Below, in pieces: positions 55,472 through 64,000 of a stretch of 64,000 bases of DNA; the first letter of the stretch is position 1; every line of letters begins with the position of its first letter. Below the pieces are notes generated by a model that saw only the letters and a program-made list of their open reading frames with translations, was not told where the DNA came from and searched no databases. The position numbers were made by a program, and so were the translations under genes. The DNA lies in NCBI GenBank assembly GCA_030038295.1, contig JASHPF010000058.1, positions 2,799 to 66,798 of the forward strand, given 5' to 3'. The stretch is from Streptosporangiaceae bacterium. Its GTDB lineage: Bacteria; Actinomycetota; Actinomycetes; Streptosporangiales; Streptosporangiaceae.

Positions 55472-57714
55472 CGCCGGCTCGGCGTCGCCCGATGGCCCGT
55501 GCCTGGCTCACGGACGGGCGGCTCCGCCCCGGGTCCCTCGGCGGGCCCTGGTGGCTCCCCGCCCGACTCGCCGTCGGGCGACACCCAGCCCGCGCCGCGG
55601 ACGATATCGGCATGCGGCAGGTACCCCTCGGCAGCCATGGCGGCCACCGCGACTCGCGGCAGGTCAGTCCGCCGCTCGACGACGACGTACCGGGCTTGCC
55701 AGCGAGGGCAGAACTGCCGGTCGAAGCGGACCAGGTTGTCGAGTTGGAGGGCCAGCGCGCGCTTGAGCGTGAGCAGCGCACCCCGCCCGAGGCGCTGAGC
55801 CCTGGACAGGGCTGTCCGCTCAGACAGCAGCTCCGCGAATGGCGCGAAGTTCAGCGAGACGTGTTCGAACGCGTTCTGGCCCGCCCAGCTGACCGCATTG
55901 ACGATCAGCCATGCGCTGAAGCCGTTCGGCGTGTCCGACCGGCGGGGCATCGAGGACAGCGAGAGCGACCTCGTGGCTCCGCAGACGGCCATGTGCAGGC
56001 AGCCTGCCACTCGGCCGTCTTGGTCGCGGCCGACCATGAACACCGCGTCCCCGCCGCCGAGGCGGAACAGGCTGTCGAGCTCCATGGTGAAGCCCTTTCG
56101 TATGCCGCCGTGCAGCCAGGCGGCGTCCAGAGCTGCCAGCTCGGCGCGCAGCGCGGGCGAGACGTCGCTGGCCAGGACCGCCTCCGCGGTGTATCCGTGG
56201 CGCTCGACGCGGTGCACGGCCTGCCTGACCGTGCGCATGCGCCGACCGTCGAGCGAGAACGCGGCAACGTCGATGACGGCCTCGTCACCGTGATACTGCG
56301 GTCGCATGCCGCGCTCCCGGTAGAGCTGCAGGTGCTGATCAGACGCGCCGAGAACGACGACGTGCCAGCCGCGGGCGCGCGCCTGTGCGAGGAATCCGTC
56401 CAGCGCCTGACCCAGCTCGTCGGGTGGCCCGATCGGATCGCCGCTCACCACGGCGACGCCGCGGACGACCCGGTAGGGGATCAGCGTCTGGTCCTGGATG
56501 AACCAGTCCTTGTCCGCCCGCAGCGCGAAGGGCGCGAGGGTGTCGCCGCCCCACTGCCGCACGATGGCGGTGGCTCGCTCGCGCCGAGCGGCGTCCGAGA
56601 AGAGGCGCTCACGCCACGGCCGGAGCCACACGTCCGCCGCCCAGATGAGCCCGATGGCCTCGACGGAGAGCACCGGAAGCGGGAACCAGCGGGCGAAGTC
56701 GTGCGGCAGATATCCCTCGTGGACCGGATGCATGCCCACCAGCGCCCGGGCAGTGTCGGAGAGCGCGGCTGGCAGGCTGACAGCTGCGCCCGCGGCAATC
56801 TGGTAGGAGATGACCGCGGTAACGCCATAGGCCACCGCGAGCGCAAGCATCGCGGCCAGCCGCAGCAGCGCCGACGGGCGCGAGCTCGGGTCCCCGCTGA
56901 AGGGGAAGTCTTGCCGCCTGGCGAGCAGCACGACCGCGATCAGCGCGATGACGATCGCGGTGGCGTGATTGTGGCCGAGAAGCAGGTGGAGCACGACCGA
57001 CGCCCCGAGCAGCGCCACCGACAGCTGCCACGCCCGTCTGTTCTGTCTGGCCAGCCCGCGAGAGCAGATCAGCAGCAGCGCTCCCACCGGAACGACCAGG
57101 GCGTGCACGGCGGGGGACACGACACCAGGGCCAAACCTCTCGACGACGCCAAGCGCCGCGCCGGGGCGATGGACAACCGCCGAGACCAGGTCGATCAGGC
57201 CACCGATGGCCACCAGCCACGCGAGCAGCGGAGCAGCACCGACCGCGCGCGCGCCTGATCCGACCCGGCCGAGCAGAGCGCCACAGCAGCCGGCCAGCAC
57301 GGCAGCAAGGTAGATCGGCTCTAGCCCGAGGGTCGCGCGGAAAACCGCCGGCAGCGGCTCCTGGAGCACGATGAACACGCACACGGCGTCCACCAGGAAC
57401 AGCCAGCAGCCGACGCCTATGGCCAGGCTCAGGCCGGCGGTCAGCCGTCCCAGGCCGAGCGCGCGCGCTATGAGCCCGAGCAGGACTCCGGCGAAACCGA
57501 AACCCAGAACGCACACGATCAGCGGGATCCGGTCGTGGCCGGCCAGTGCGTCAAGCGGCAGCACCTGCCGCACCATGGGTCCTGGCCACTGCGCGACGGC
57601 CGCGCGCACCCAGTAGAGCCAGCCGGTGGTCAGCGTCGTGATCACGATGATCGACGCGGCGAGCACCGGCACCCGGGCCGCCGTGGTGAGCAGCGGGCGC
57701 GACAGGCTAGCCAT
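55468..57714 (-). CDS. MprF-like aminoacyl-phosphatidylglycerol synthase (membrane domain + DUF2156/LPG-synthase C-terminal domain)
   Basis: 748 aa. N-terminal polytopic region. C-terminal block WGGDTLAPFALRADKDWF .. RGVAVVSGDPIG .. RKGFTMELDSLF .. SSMPRRSDTPNGFSAWLI is typical of the lysyl-PG synthase C-domain family. Confidence 0.72.
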   Translation of the reverse strand: MASLSRPLLTTAARVPVLAASIIVITTLTTGWLYWVRAAVAQWPGPMVRQVLPLDALAGHDRIPLIVCVLGFGFAGVLLGLIARALGLGRLTAGLSLAIGVGCWLFLVDAVCVFIVLQEPLPAVFRATLGLEPIYLAAVLAGCCGALLGRVGSGARAVGAAPLLAWLVAIGGLIDLVSAVVHRPGAALGVVERFGPGVVSPAVHALVVPVGALLLICSRGLARQNRRAWQLSVALLGASVVLHLLLGHNHATAIVIALIAVVLLARRQDFPFSGDPSSRPSALLRLAAMLALAVAYGVTAVISYQIAAGAAVSLPAALSDTARALVGMHPVHEGYLPHDFARWFPLPVLSVEAIGLIWAADVWLRPWRERLFSDAARRERATAIVRQWGGDTLAPFALRADKDWFIQDQTLIPYRVVRGVAVVSGDPIGPPDELGQALDGFLAQARARGWHVVVLGASDQHLQLYRERGMRPQYHGDEAVIDVAAFSLDGRRMRTVRQAVHRVERHGYTAEAVLASDVSPALRAELAALDAAWLHGGIRKGFTMELDSLFRLGGGDAVFMVGRDQDGRVAGCLHMAVCGATRSLSLSSMPRRSDTPNGFSAWLIVNAVSWAGQNAFEHVSLNFAPFAELLSERTALSRAQRLGRGALLTLKRALALQLDNLVRFDRQFCPRWQARYVVVERRTDLPRVAVAAMAAEGYLPHADIVRGAGWVSPDGESGGEPPGPAEGPGAEPPVREPGTGHRATPSRR

Positions 57715-58762
57715 CGCGGAGGTGCTCCGATGCGATGATCAGGGCCTCCGGCGCGAGCGCTCGCCACATCCCCCAGTTGTGCGTGCCGGGCCAGACGAAG
57801 AAGTGGTGCGGGATCCCGAGCGCCCCCAACTGGGCGTCGAACGCGACATTCTGCGCCTTCAGCGTGTCCAGGGCGCCGGTGTAGAACCAGATGTAAGTCC
57901 CGTCCGCCCGCAGTTGTCCCGCTACTGCTGAAATCGTGTCGGCCGGGCTGTTGTACCGCATCAGCTGCTGGTCGTGGTCGAACACCCCGATGTACGCAAA
58001 CGCCTGGGTGTAGCCGGACCAGCTTTCCAGCAGCCGAAACTCGCCAGGATGGTGCAGTCCGATGTTCAGGGCGCCGTAGCCGCCCTCCGACAGCCCGCCG
58101 AGGCCACGCGAGGCAGCGGTGGGGATCGTCCGGTACCGGGCGTCGATGGTCTTGACGAGGTCGCTGGCGACGAAGGTCTCCCAGGCGTTGCCTGGCTCGA
58201 CACCGTTCACCCACTCCTCGTCGGCAAAGAAGGAGCGACCGCCGGCCGGCATCACCAGAATCATCGGTTGCATCCGGCCGGCCGCGACGAGCTCGGACTC
58301 GACCGCGCCCAGCTGCCCGACGGTCAGGAAGTTCGACGGGTAGCCAGGAGTCCCCTCCAGCAGGTAGAGGACGGGGTAGCGGCGGTCCGGATGGGAGCTG
58401 TACCCGGGCGGCAGCACGACCTCCACCGGATCGGCGTAACCACCAAGCGCGCGGCTGCTAATCGTGATCTGCCGGACGCTGACTGGCGTCACGGGGACGC
58501 GGCGGACCACCCCGTGCTGCCGCACGACGACGCTGCCAGCCAGCGCGGGCGGAGGGAAGCCCCGATAGAGCCAGTAGGTAGACACATACCGAATGACGCC
58601 CAGAACACCCACGCCGAACAGGCCAGCGCAAAGCAGAATAATCAGGACACGGGTACCGAGGGGCCGGGGCCACGCTGCGATCATCCAGGTTGCAGCCCGG
58701 CGTGGGCCCAGCCATCGCCGCGCCGACGCCGACGTCTGGTCTGTGTCGGTTTGAGTGCGCAA
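57707..58762 (-). CDS. Membrane-anchored alpha/beta-hydrolase esterase (esterase D / PF00756-like)
   Basis: N-terminal TM segment VLIILLCAGLFGVGVLGV. YPVLYLLEG. Nucleophile elbow GGLSEGGYG. The stop overlaps the MprF-like start by 8 nt. The start is uncertain (TTG 58762, or ATG 58684). Confidence 0.7.
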   Translation of the reverse strand: MRTQTDTDQTSASARRWLGPRRAATWMIAAWPRPLGTRVLIILLCAGLFGVGVLGVIRYVSTYWLYRGFPPPALAGSVVVRQHGVVRRVPVTPVSVRQITISSRALGGYADPVEVVLPPGYSSHPDRRYPVLYLLEGTPGYPSNFLTVGQLGAVESELVAAGRMQPMILVMPAGGRSFFADEEWVNGVEPGNAWETFVASDLVKTIDARYRTIPTAASRGLGGLSEGGYGALNIGLHHPGEFRLLESWSGYTQAFAYIGVFDHDQQLMRYNSPADTISAVAGQLRADGTYIWFYTGALDTLKAQNVAFDAQLGALGIPHHFFVWPGTHNWGMWRALAPEALIIASEHLRDG

Positions 58763-58771
58763 CGTCGTTCC

Positions 58772-58822
58772 TTGCCTCTTCTGAGCAGTTCACTTCGAGT
58801 TTGTGCGGCTCAGCAGAGGCAA
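58772..58822 (-). terminator. Long imperfect hairpin between rsmA and the esterase gene
   Basis: TTGCCTCTTCTGAGC-21 nt-GCTCAGCAGAGGCAA, a 15-bp stem with one mismatch. Confidence 0.35.
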
Positions 58823-58862
58823 AAGTCCTGTAGTCCCACCGCCTTCACTGCCACCCTAGTCG

Positions 58863-59825
58863 CTACCCAGATGTCTTTGGCCGACGCGCGGCTGTCGCGA
58901 TGCGCGCGAAGTCCGCGATGCTCAGCGCCTCGCCGCGCAGCGCCGGGTCCACGCCGGCGGCCCTGAGCACATCGCCCGCGGCCACCGCGGACCCCGCCCA
59001 GGCCGCGAGCGCCGACCGCAGCGTCTTGCGGCGCTGCGAAAACGCGGCGTCGACCACCGCAAATGTCTCCTCCCGGCCCGCTTCCCCGTGCAGCCGCGCG
59101 GCCACCGCGGCCGAGTGCCGCACGAGCGCCACCAGGCCCGAGTCCACCCGCGGCACGGGCCAGAACACCGCCCGGCGCACCGAGCCGACCCGGCGCGCCG
59201 TCGCGAACCAGGCCAGCTTCGCCGATGGCACGCCGTACACCCGGCTACCCGGCGGCGCACACATCCGGTCGGCCACCTCGGCCTGCACCATGACCAGCCC
59301 GCCTCGCAGCGTCGGAACGGTGGCCAGCAAATGCAGCACAACCGGCACCGAGACGTTGTAGGGCAGGTTCGCCACCAGCGCTGTGGGCTGCTCGCCGGGC
59401 AGGGCATCGATCCTCGCCGCATCGGCCGTCACGACCGTCAGTCGTGCGGCGAGCCGCGGCGCGCGGGCGGCCACGGTCGCGGGCAGCTCGGCGGCCAGCA
59501 CCGGGTCCGCCTCCACGGCGACGACTCGGCGCGCCGCCGCCAGCAGCGGCAGCGTCAGCGATCCGAAACCCGGCCCGACCTCCAGCACGATGTCGTCCGG
59601 TTGCAAGCCGGCCAGCGCCGCGATTCTGGTGACCGTACCCGCGTCGACGACGAAATTCTGGCCGAGCCGCTTGGCGGGCTGGACGCCCAGCCGCTCCGCG
59701 AGCGCCCTGATCTCGGTGGGGCCGAGCAGGCTCGCCGCGGGCAGCGGCTGCGGCGCCGACGGCGGCGAAGCTAGGCCGGCCAAGGCCCGAAGACCCGCTC
59801 GCCGGTGGCCTCGATGACGGCGCAC
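58863..59825 (-). CDS. rsmA: 16S rRNA (adenine1518/1519-N6)-dimethyltransferase
   Basis: [19 protein letters not shown] and [11 protein letters not shown] 59825 overlaps tatD by 55 nt; TTG 59783 is a plausible shorter start. Confidence 0.88.
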   Translation of the reverse strand: MRRHRGHRRAGLRALAGLASPPSAPQPLPAASLLGPTEIRALAERLGVQPAKRLGQNFVVDAGTVTRIAALAGLQPDDIVLEVGPGFGSLTLPLLAAARRVVAVEADPVLAAELPATVAARAPRLAARLTVVTADAARIDALPGEQPTALVANLPYNVSVPVVLHLLATVPTLRGGLVMVQAEVADRMCAPPGSRVYGVPSAKLAWFATARRVGSVRRAVFWPVPRVDSGLVALVRHSAAVAARLHGEAGREETFAVVDAAFSQRRKTLRSALAAWAGSAVAAGDVLRAAGVDPALRGEALSIADFARIATAARRPKTSG

Positions 59826-60655
59826 AGCTTGGCCACGTCCATCTGCTTGGACGCGGCGAGCGCTCGAATCGTGCGCGCGACCTGCGCGGGCGCGTTGGAC
59901 CTACCCCGGACCGGCGCCGGAGCCAGGAACGGCGCGTCGGTCTCGGCCAGCAGCAGCTCGGCCGGCGTGACGGCGGCCGCGGCCCGCAGGTCACCGGCGT
60001 TCCCGAAGGTCACGGTGCCGGCGAAGCTCAGCACGTAACCGGCCTGCACGCACCGCTCGGCCAGCTCAGCGTCGCCGGAGAAGCAGTGGAAGACCACCTG
60101 CTCGGGCGCCCCGTCGGCGGCGAGGATCGCGAGCACGTCCGCGTGCGCGTCGCGGTCGTGGATCATCAGCGGCTTGCCCGCCTGCTTGGCTATGTCGATG
60201 TGCGCGCGGAACCAGTCGCGCTGCACCGGCCGCGGCGCGCTGTCCCTGTAGTAGTCAAGGCCGGTCTCCCCGACGGCCCGGACCTGCGGGAGCGCCGCCA
60301 GCCGCGCGATCTCGGCCAGCACGGCGTCGCGCTCGGCGGCCGAGCCCGCGACTGCCGCGGTCTCGTTCGGGTGGATGGCCACCGCCGCGGCGACAGCCGG
60401 GAACGCGGTCGCGCACCGCACCGCCCAGCCCGCCGACGCGGTGTCACAGCCCACGGTCACGACCCTGGTAACGCCGACGGCCGCGGCCTGCGCGAGGGTG
60501 TCCGCGACCGCGGTGTCGATCATGTCGAGGTGACAGTGGCTGTCGAACGCCGGGCCCGGCAGCGGCTCGGGCGGCGACGCCTGCGGCCTGCCGATGCCCG
60601 GCCCAGGCCCGAACTCGTCATCGGGGACCGGACGGACGGCGCCCGGTGCCGTCAC
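59771..60655 (-). CDS. tatD: TatD-family metal-dependent DNase/hydrolase
   Basis: ORF-track ORF (to 61081) trimmed to GTG 60655, forming a GTGA overlap with the metG stop. Motifs [16 protein letters not shown] and HCFSG. Confidence 0.85.
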   Translation of the reverse strand: MTAPGAVRPVPDDEFGPGPGIGRPQASPPEPLPGPAFDSHCHLDMIDTAVADTLAQAAAVGVTRVVTVGCDTASAGWAVRCATAFPAVAAAVAIHPNETAAVAGSAAERDAVLAEIARLAALPQVRAVGETGLDYYRDSAPRPVQRDWFRAHIDIAKQAGKPLMIHDRDAHADVLAILAADGAPEQVVFHCFSGDAELAERCVQAGYVLSFAGTVTFGNAGDLRAAAAVTPAELLLAETDAPFLAPAPVRGRSNAPAQVARTIRALAASKQMDVAKLCAVIEATGERVFGPWPA

Positions 60656-62442
60656 CCGGCCTCCAGCCTGGCCAGTTCCTCGGCCGCGACGGACGGGGGC
60701 AGCTTGGCGAACAGCGGCGTCGGCGGGGTGAGCCTGGTGCCTGGCCTGATGGGCGCCGACGCCCAGCGCGCCGCGGTCCGGTAGTCGCCGGTGATGACCG
60801 GGTAGCTGAACCCACCCTCCTCGGCCACCTCGTCGACCCGCGGCAGCCCTGACCACTGCCCGGTGCCGCCGAGCATCTCGAACACCCGCTGCGAGGACCG
60901 CGGCAGGAACGGCGTGAGCAGCGTCTTGCCGTCGTCGACCAGCTGCAGCGCCACGTGCAGGATCGTGCGCATCCGGTCCGGGTCGGACTCGCGCAGCTTC
61001 CACGGCGCCTGATCGGACAGGTACTTGTTTGCCTCGGCGAGGGTCCGCATCGCCTCCGTGCTCGCGGCCTTGAACCGGCACCGGCCGAGCGCATCGCCCA
61101 CCGTGGCGAAGGCCGCCCTGGACCGGTCGAGCAGCGTCCGGTCCGCGTCGGTCAGCTGCCCGGCCGCCGGGATCTCCCCGATGTTGCGCGCGGCGAACGA
61201 CACCGCGCGGTTGACCAGGTTCCCCCAGTTCGCGACCAGCTCGTCGTTGTTGCGCCGGACGAATTCGGTCCAGGTGAAGTCGGTGTCCTGAGTCTCCGGG
61301 CCGGCCACCGCGACGTAGTACCGCAGCGCATCCACGTCGTAGCGGGACAGGAAGTCCCGGACGTAGATGACCACCGCACGGGACGAGGAGAACTTCCGGC
61401 CCTCCATGGTCAGGAACTCGCTGGAGACGACCTCAAACGGCAGATTGAGCTCGCCCAGGGCACCCGGCGTGCCGTTCCGCGCGCCCTTGCCGCTGTAGCC
61501 GAGCAGCATCGCGGGCCAGATCTCGGCGTGGAAGACGATGTTGTCCTTGCCCATGAAGTAGTACGCGTCCGCGTCCGGTGACTGCCACCACGCGCGCCAC
61601 GCGTCCGGCTCTCCCGATCGCCTGGCCCACTCGATCGAGGCGGACAGGTAGCCGATGACGGCGTCGAACCAGACGTAGATGCGCTTGTCCGGCAGGTCCC
61701 GCCAGCCGTCGAGCGGAATGGGCACGCCCCAGTCCAGGTCCCTCGTAATCGCGCGCGGCTGTAGGTCGCCGAGCAGGTTCAGCGAGAACTTCAGCACGTT
61801 GGGCCGCCACAACCCGCTCTTGCTCTGCAGCCAGCTGCCGAGCACCTCGGCGAACGCGGGCAGGTCGAGGAAGAACTGCTCGGTCTCGACGAACACTGGC
61901 GTCTCGCCGTTGATCTTCGAGCGCGGGTTGATGAGGTCGATGGGATCGAGCTGGTTGCCGCAGTTGTCGCACTGGTCGCCGCGCGCGTTCTCGAACCCGC
62001 AGATCGGGCACGTGCCCTCGATGTACCGGTCCGGCAGGGTCCGGCCGGTGGACGGCGAGACCGCACCCATGGACGTGCGGGTGAAGATGTAGCCGTTGGC
62101 GTACAGCCCGCGGAACATCTCCTGCACGACGGCGTAGTGATTACGGGTCGTGGTCCGGGTGAACAGGTCGTAGGACATGTCCAGCCCGGCCAGATCTTCG
62201 GCGATGACCCGGTTATACCGGTCGGCCAGCTCACGCGCGGGCACACCCTCGGCGTCCGCCTGCACCTGGATAGGAGTGCCGTGCTCGTCGGTTCCGCTCA
62301 CCATCAGCACCGCGTTGCCGCACATTCGCTGGTACCTCGCGAACATGTCGCACGGCAGGCCGAAGCCCGACACGTGGCCGATGTGACGCGGGCCGTTGGC
62401 ATACGGCCACGCCGCGCACGCGAGAATCGGACGGCTGGTCAT
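60652..62442 (-). CDS. metG: Methionine--tRNA ligase
   Basis: Trimmed to ATG 62442 ([26 protein letters not shown]; HIGH-type motif). Zn-knuckle CPICG..CDNCG. KMSKS-type GRKFSSSR. Confidence 0.92.
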   Translation of the reverse strand: MTSRPILACAAWPYANGPRHIGHVSGFGLPCDMFARYQRMCGNAVLMVSGTDEHGTPIQVQADAEGVPARELADRYNRVIAEDLAGLDMSYDLFTRTTTRNHYAVVQEMFRGLYANGYIFTRTSMGAVSPSTGRTLPDRYIEGTCPICGFENARGDQCDNCGNQLDPIDLINPRSKINGETPVFVETEQFFLDLPAFAEVLGSWLQSKSGLWRPNVLKFSLNLLGDLQPRAITRDLDWGVPIPLDGWRDLPDKRIYVWFDAVIGYLSASIEWARRSGEPDAWRAWWQSPDADAYYFMGKDNIVFHAEIWPAMLLGYSGKGARNGTPGALGELNLPFEVVSSEFLTMEGRKFSSSRAVVIYVRDFLSRYDVDALRYYVAVAGPETQDTDFTWTEFVRRNNDELVANWGNLVNRAVSFAARNIGEIPAAGQLTDADRTLLDRSRAAFATVGDALGRCRFKAASTEAMRTLAEANKYLSDQAPWKLRESDPDRMRTILHVALQLVDDGKTLLTPFLPRSSQRVFEMLGGTGQWSGLPRVDEVAEEGGFSYPVITGDYRTAARWASAPIRPGTRLTPPTPLFAKLPPSVAAEELARLEAG

Positions 62443-62473
62443 AGCTGTCAGCCTAGGGGAGGATGGTCGGCCG

Positions 62474-63262
62474 CTACGTCCAGGTGACCCGCATGCCGCC
62501 GCGCCAGGCGCCGAGCACGGTGCCGTCACCGCTGACCGTCACGCCGGCCTCGGCCGGTTCGGCCCGGTTCCACAACGTGAGGTACAGCCCCTCGGCAGGG
62601 CCGGCCAGCGTGCAGTCCGCACCGCCGCCGCCCCGCCGGACGGTGGCCGCTCGCGTGCCGTCCTCGGTCAGCTCCAGCAGCCACTCGCCGCCTGCCCCGC
62701 AGTCGCTGGCCCGCACGGCGATGGTCTTGCGGCTCCCGGCCCGCTGCTCACCGGATAGCTCGCGGCTGTCCCGGCCGAAGAACCCCATGATCAGCTCGTC
62801 GATGCCGTCGGCCGCGAAGTCGGCTCCGAAGGCCGACACCGGAGCGCCGGCCGCCAGCTCGGCGTCGGCGCGGTGGATCGCCGTCTCGTGCGCCTGTCGC
62901 CGGGCCCAGAATGCCCGCGGCGACGGGGCGGGCAGGAAGGTCCAGCACGTGAGGCCCGGGTCGGCGGAAGTCAGCGCGGCCACGAGGCTGGCGTGCCCGG
63001 CGCGGAACCAGCTCAGCAGCTCGGCCTCGGGCGGGTCGCCAGCGAGGATCTCGGCCTCGGTCGCCCTGGGCACCGCCACGGGCAGACCCTCGGCCACGAA
63101 CCGGGTCGCCCACCGGTGGACGTAGCCCTGGTGACGGAGCAGATCGCGCACCTGCCAGCCGGGGCACGAGGGCACCGAGACCGCCAGCCCCGCTCCTTCT
63201 GCCGTGGCGGCGAGCAGCCGCCCATCGCGGTCCAGCGCCCCCACGTGGGCAGCAACGTCCAT
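62474..63262 (-). CDS. Mycothiol-dependent maleylpyruvate isomerase-family (DinB/TIGR03083-like) protein
   Basis: 262 aa. The N-terminal pattern [23 protein letters not shown] is typical of this actinobacterial family. Confidence 0.6.
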   Translation of the reverse strand: MDVAAHVGALDRDGRLLAATAEGAGLAVSVPSCPGWQVRDLLRHQGYVHRWATRFVAEGLPVAVPRATEAEILAGDPPEAELLSWFRAGHASLVAALTSADPGLTCWTFLPAPSPRAFWARRQAHETAIHRADAELAAGAPVSAFGADFAADGIDELIMGFFGRDSRELSGEQRAGSRKTIAVRASDCGAGGEWLLELTEDGTRAATVRRGGGGADCTLAGPAEGLYLTLWNRAEPAEAGVTVSGDGTVLGAWRGGMRVTWT

Positions 63263-63306
63263 CCGCTCATGGTGCCAGCAGCCGCCGACAGTTACCCCCG
63301 GCTCCG

Positions 63307-64000
63307 CTAGCCCGAGCTGCGGCGGCGCGGGCCAGCCGGTGTTTCGCCGGATCGACGGGAGCTCCCGACGGCGTTGTAGAGATCGCGCCTGCGCAGCCCG
63401 CTCCTGGCGGCGACCAGCGCGATCGCGTCCCTGGTCGTCGCGCCGCCGGTCACCTGCGCCCCGACCTGAGCCACGGCGTCCGCGAGCGCCGCAGCCGACC
63501 CGCCGGTGCCGCCCGCCACGCCGCCAGCACCCGGCTCACCCGGCTCACCCGCCACCACGACCGTGACCTCGCCGCCCGCGCCGCCGGTCAGCTGGCTGGC
63601 CAGCTCGCCGAGCGGGCCGCGCACCACGTCCGTGCCGTCTGCCGCCAGGTCCCGGCAGACGGCGGCCAGGCGGCTTGGCCCGAAGGCGGCAGCCAGTTCG
63701 GCCAGCATCCGCGGTACCCGCCGCGGGGACTCGCGGAAGATCAGCGTCCGCGGCTCGGCCGCCAGCTCGCCGAACCAGCGTTCCCGCTGCTCCGCCCCAC
63801 GGGGCGGGCAGCCCTCGAAGGTGAACCGCTCGGCCGGCAGACCAGCGGTGGCCAGGGCGGCGGTGACAGCGGACGGGCCAGGCAGCGCGGTCACCGGGAT
63901 GCCCGCTGCGGCCGCGGCCGCGGTGAGCTCCGCGGCGCCGTCTGCGGTCCCGCCGAGAAGCAGCACGTGCTGCCCGGCCGACAGCTCCGCCAGGAGCGCG
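63307..64000 (-). CDS. rsmI: 16S rRNA (cytidine1402-2'-O)-methyltransferase; N-terminus outside the window
   Basis: The reading frame stays open to the window edge. Blocks LPGPSAVTAALATAGLP, FTFEGCPP, TLIFRESPRR and the C-terminal regulatory-like tail. Confidence 0.85.
   Translation of the reverse strand, partial: ALLAELSAGQHVLLLGGTADGAAELTAAAAAAGIPVTALPGPSAVTAALATAGLPAERFTFEGCPPRGAEQRERWFGELAAEPRTLIFRESPRRVPRMLAELAAAFGPSRLAAVCRDLAADGTDVVRGPLGELASQLTGGAGGEVTVVVAGEPGEPGAGGVAGGTGGSAAALADAVAQVGAQVTGGATTRDAIALVAARSGLRRRDLYNAVGSSRRSGETPAGPRRRSSG

Noticed and set aside
55492-57258. 588-aa plus-strand ORF opposite the MprF-like gene, with similar cases at 17122..18678, 47533..48687, 34121..35707 and 29135..30253
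   Set aside because: All are antisense to genes with clear family motifs. All have Arg/Pro/Gly/His-rich, unprotein-like composition. I treated them as non-coding shadows.

Overview
High-GC actinobacterial-type chromosomal window. It is almost fully coding and mostly on the minus strand. (1) 1-19.3 kb: a polyprenyl diphosphate synthase whose C-terminal (3') end lies off-window, the complete 14-gene complex I operon nuoA-N, a MenJ-like geranylgeranyl reductase, and the demethylmenaquinone methyltransferase. (2) 19.4-38.9 kb: a 16-gene accessory glycan-assembly island. It holds GT2 x4 (one a processive CesA-like synthase), GT4, a GT-C, a Wzx-like flippase, two SAM methyltransferases, two DegT aminotransferases, an LbH N-acetyltransferase, a Gfo/Idh/MocA oxidoreductase, an SDR, a CE4 deacetylase and a GH26. 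I recognised no initiating transferase, Wzy polymerase or regulator in it. (3) 39.3-64 kb: cysQ-cysD-cysN, pth, L25, prs, a glmU that appears to lack its acetyltransferase C-terminus, tRNA-Gln(UUG), a low-GC HTH/LAGLIDADG-like ORF, desaturase plus TetR, Tam-like methyltransferase, MarR, GH12-like protein, ABC-F ATPase, ispE, an esterase/MprF-like/membrane-protein operon inserted between rsmA and ispE, tatD, metG, a mycothiol-dependent isomerase-family protein, and rsmI (N-terminus off-window). I found no rRNA, CRISPR array, transposase, integrase or recognisable defence or toxin system. The best candidates for something new are the glycan island sub-modules: an Arn-like aminosugar/GT-C logic and a synthase+GH26 module. 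None of this can be proven from sequence alone. Caveats: many ORF-track ORFs are antisense shadow ORFs typical of high-GC DNA. Several real genes were trimmed by hand to internal starts where the long ORF ran into the upstream gene. Hand-located motif coordinates may be off by 1-2 nt. All functional calls rest on motif and family recognition by eye, not on database searches.
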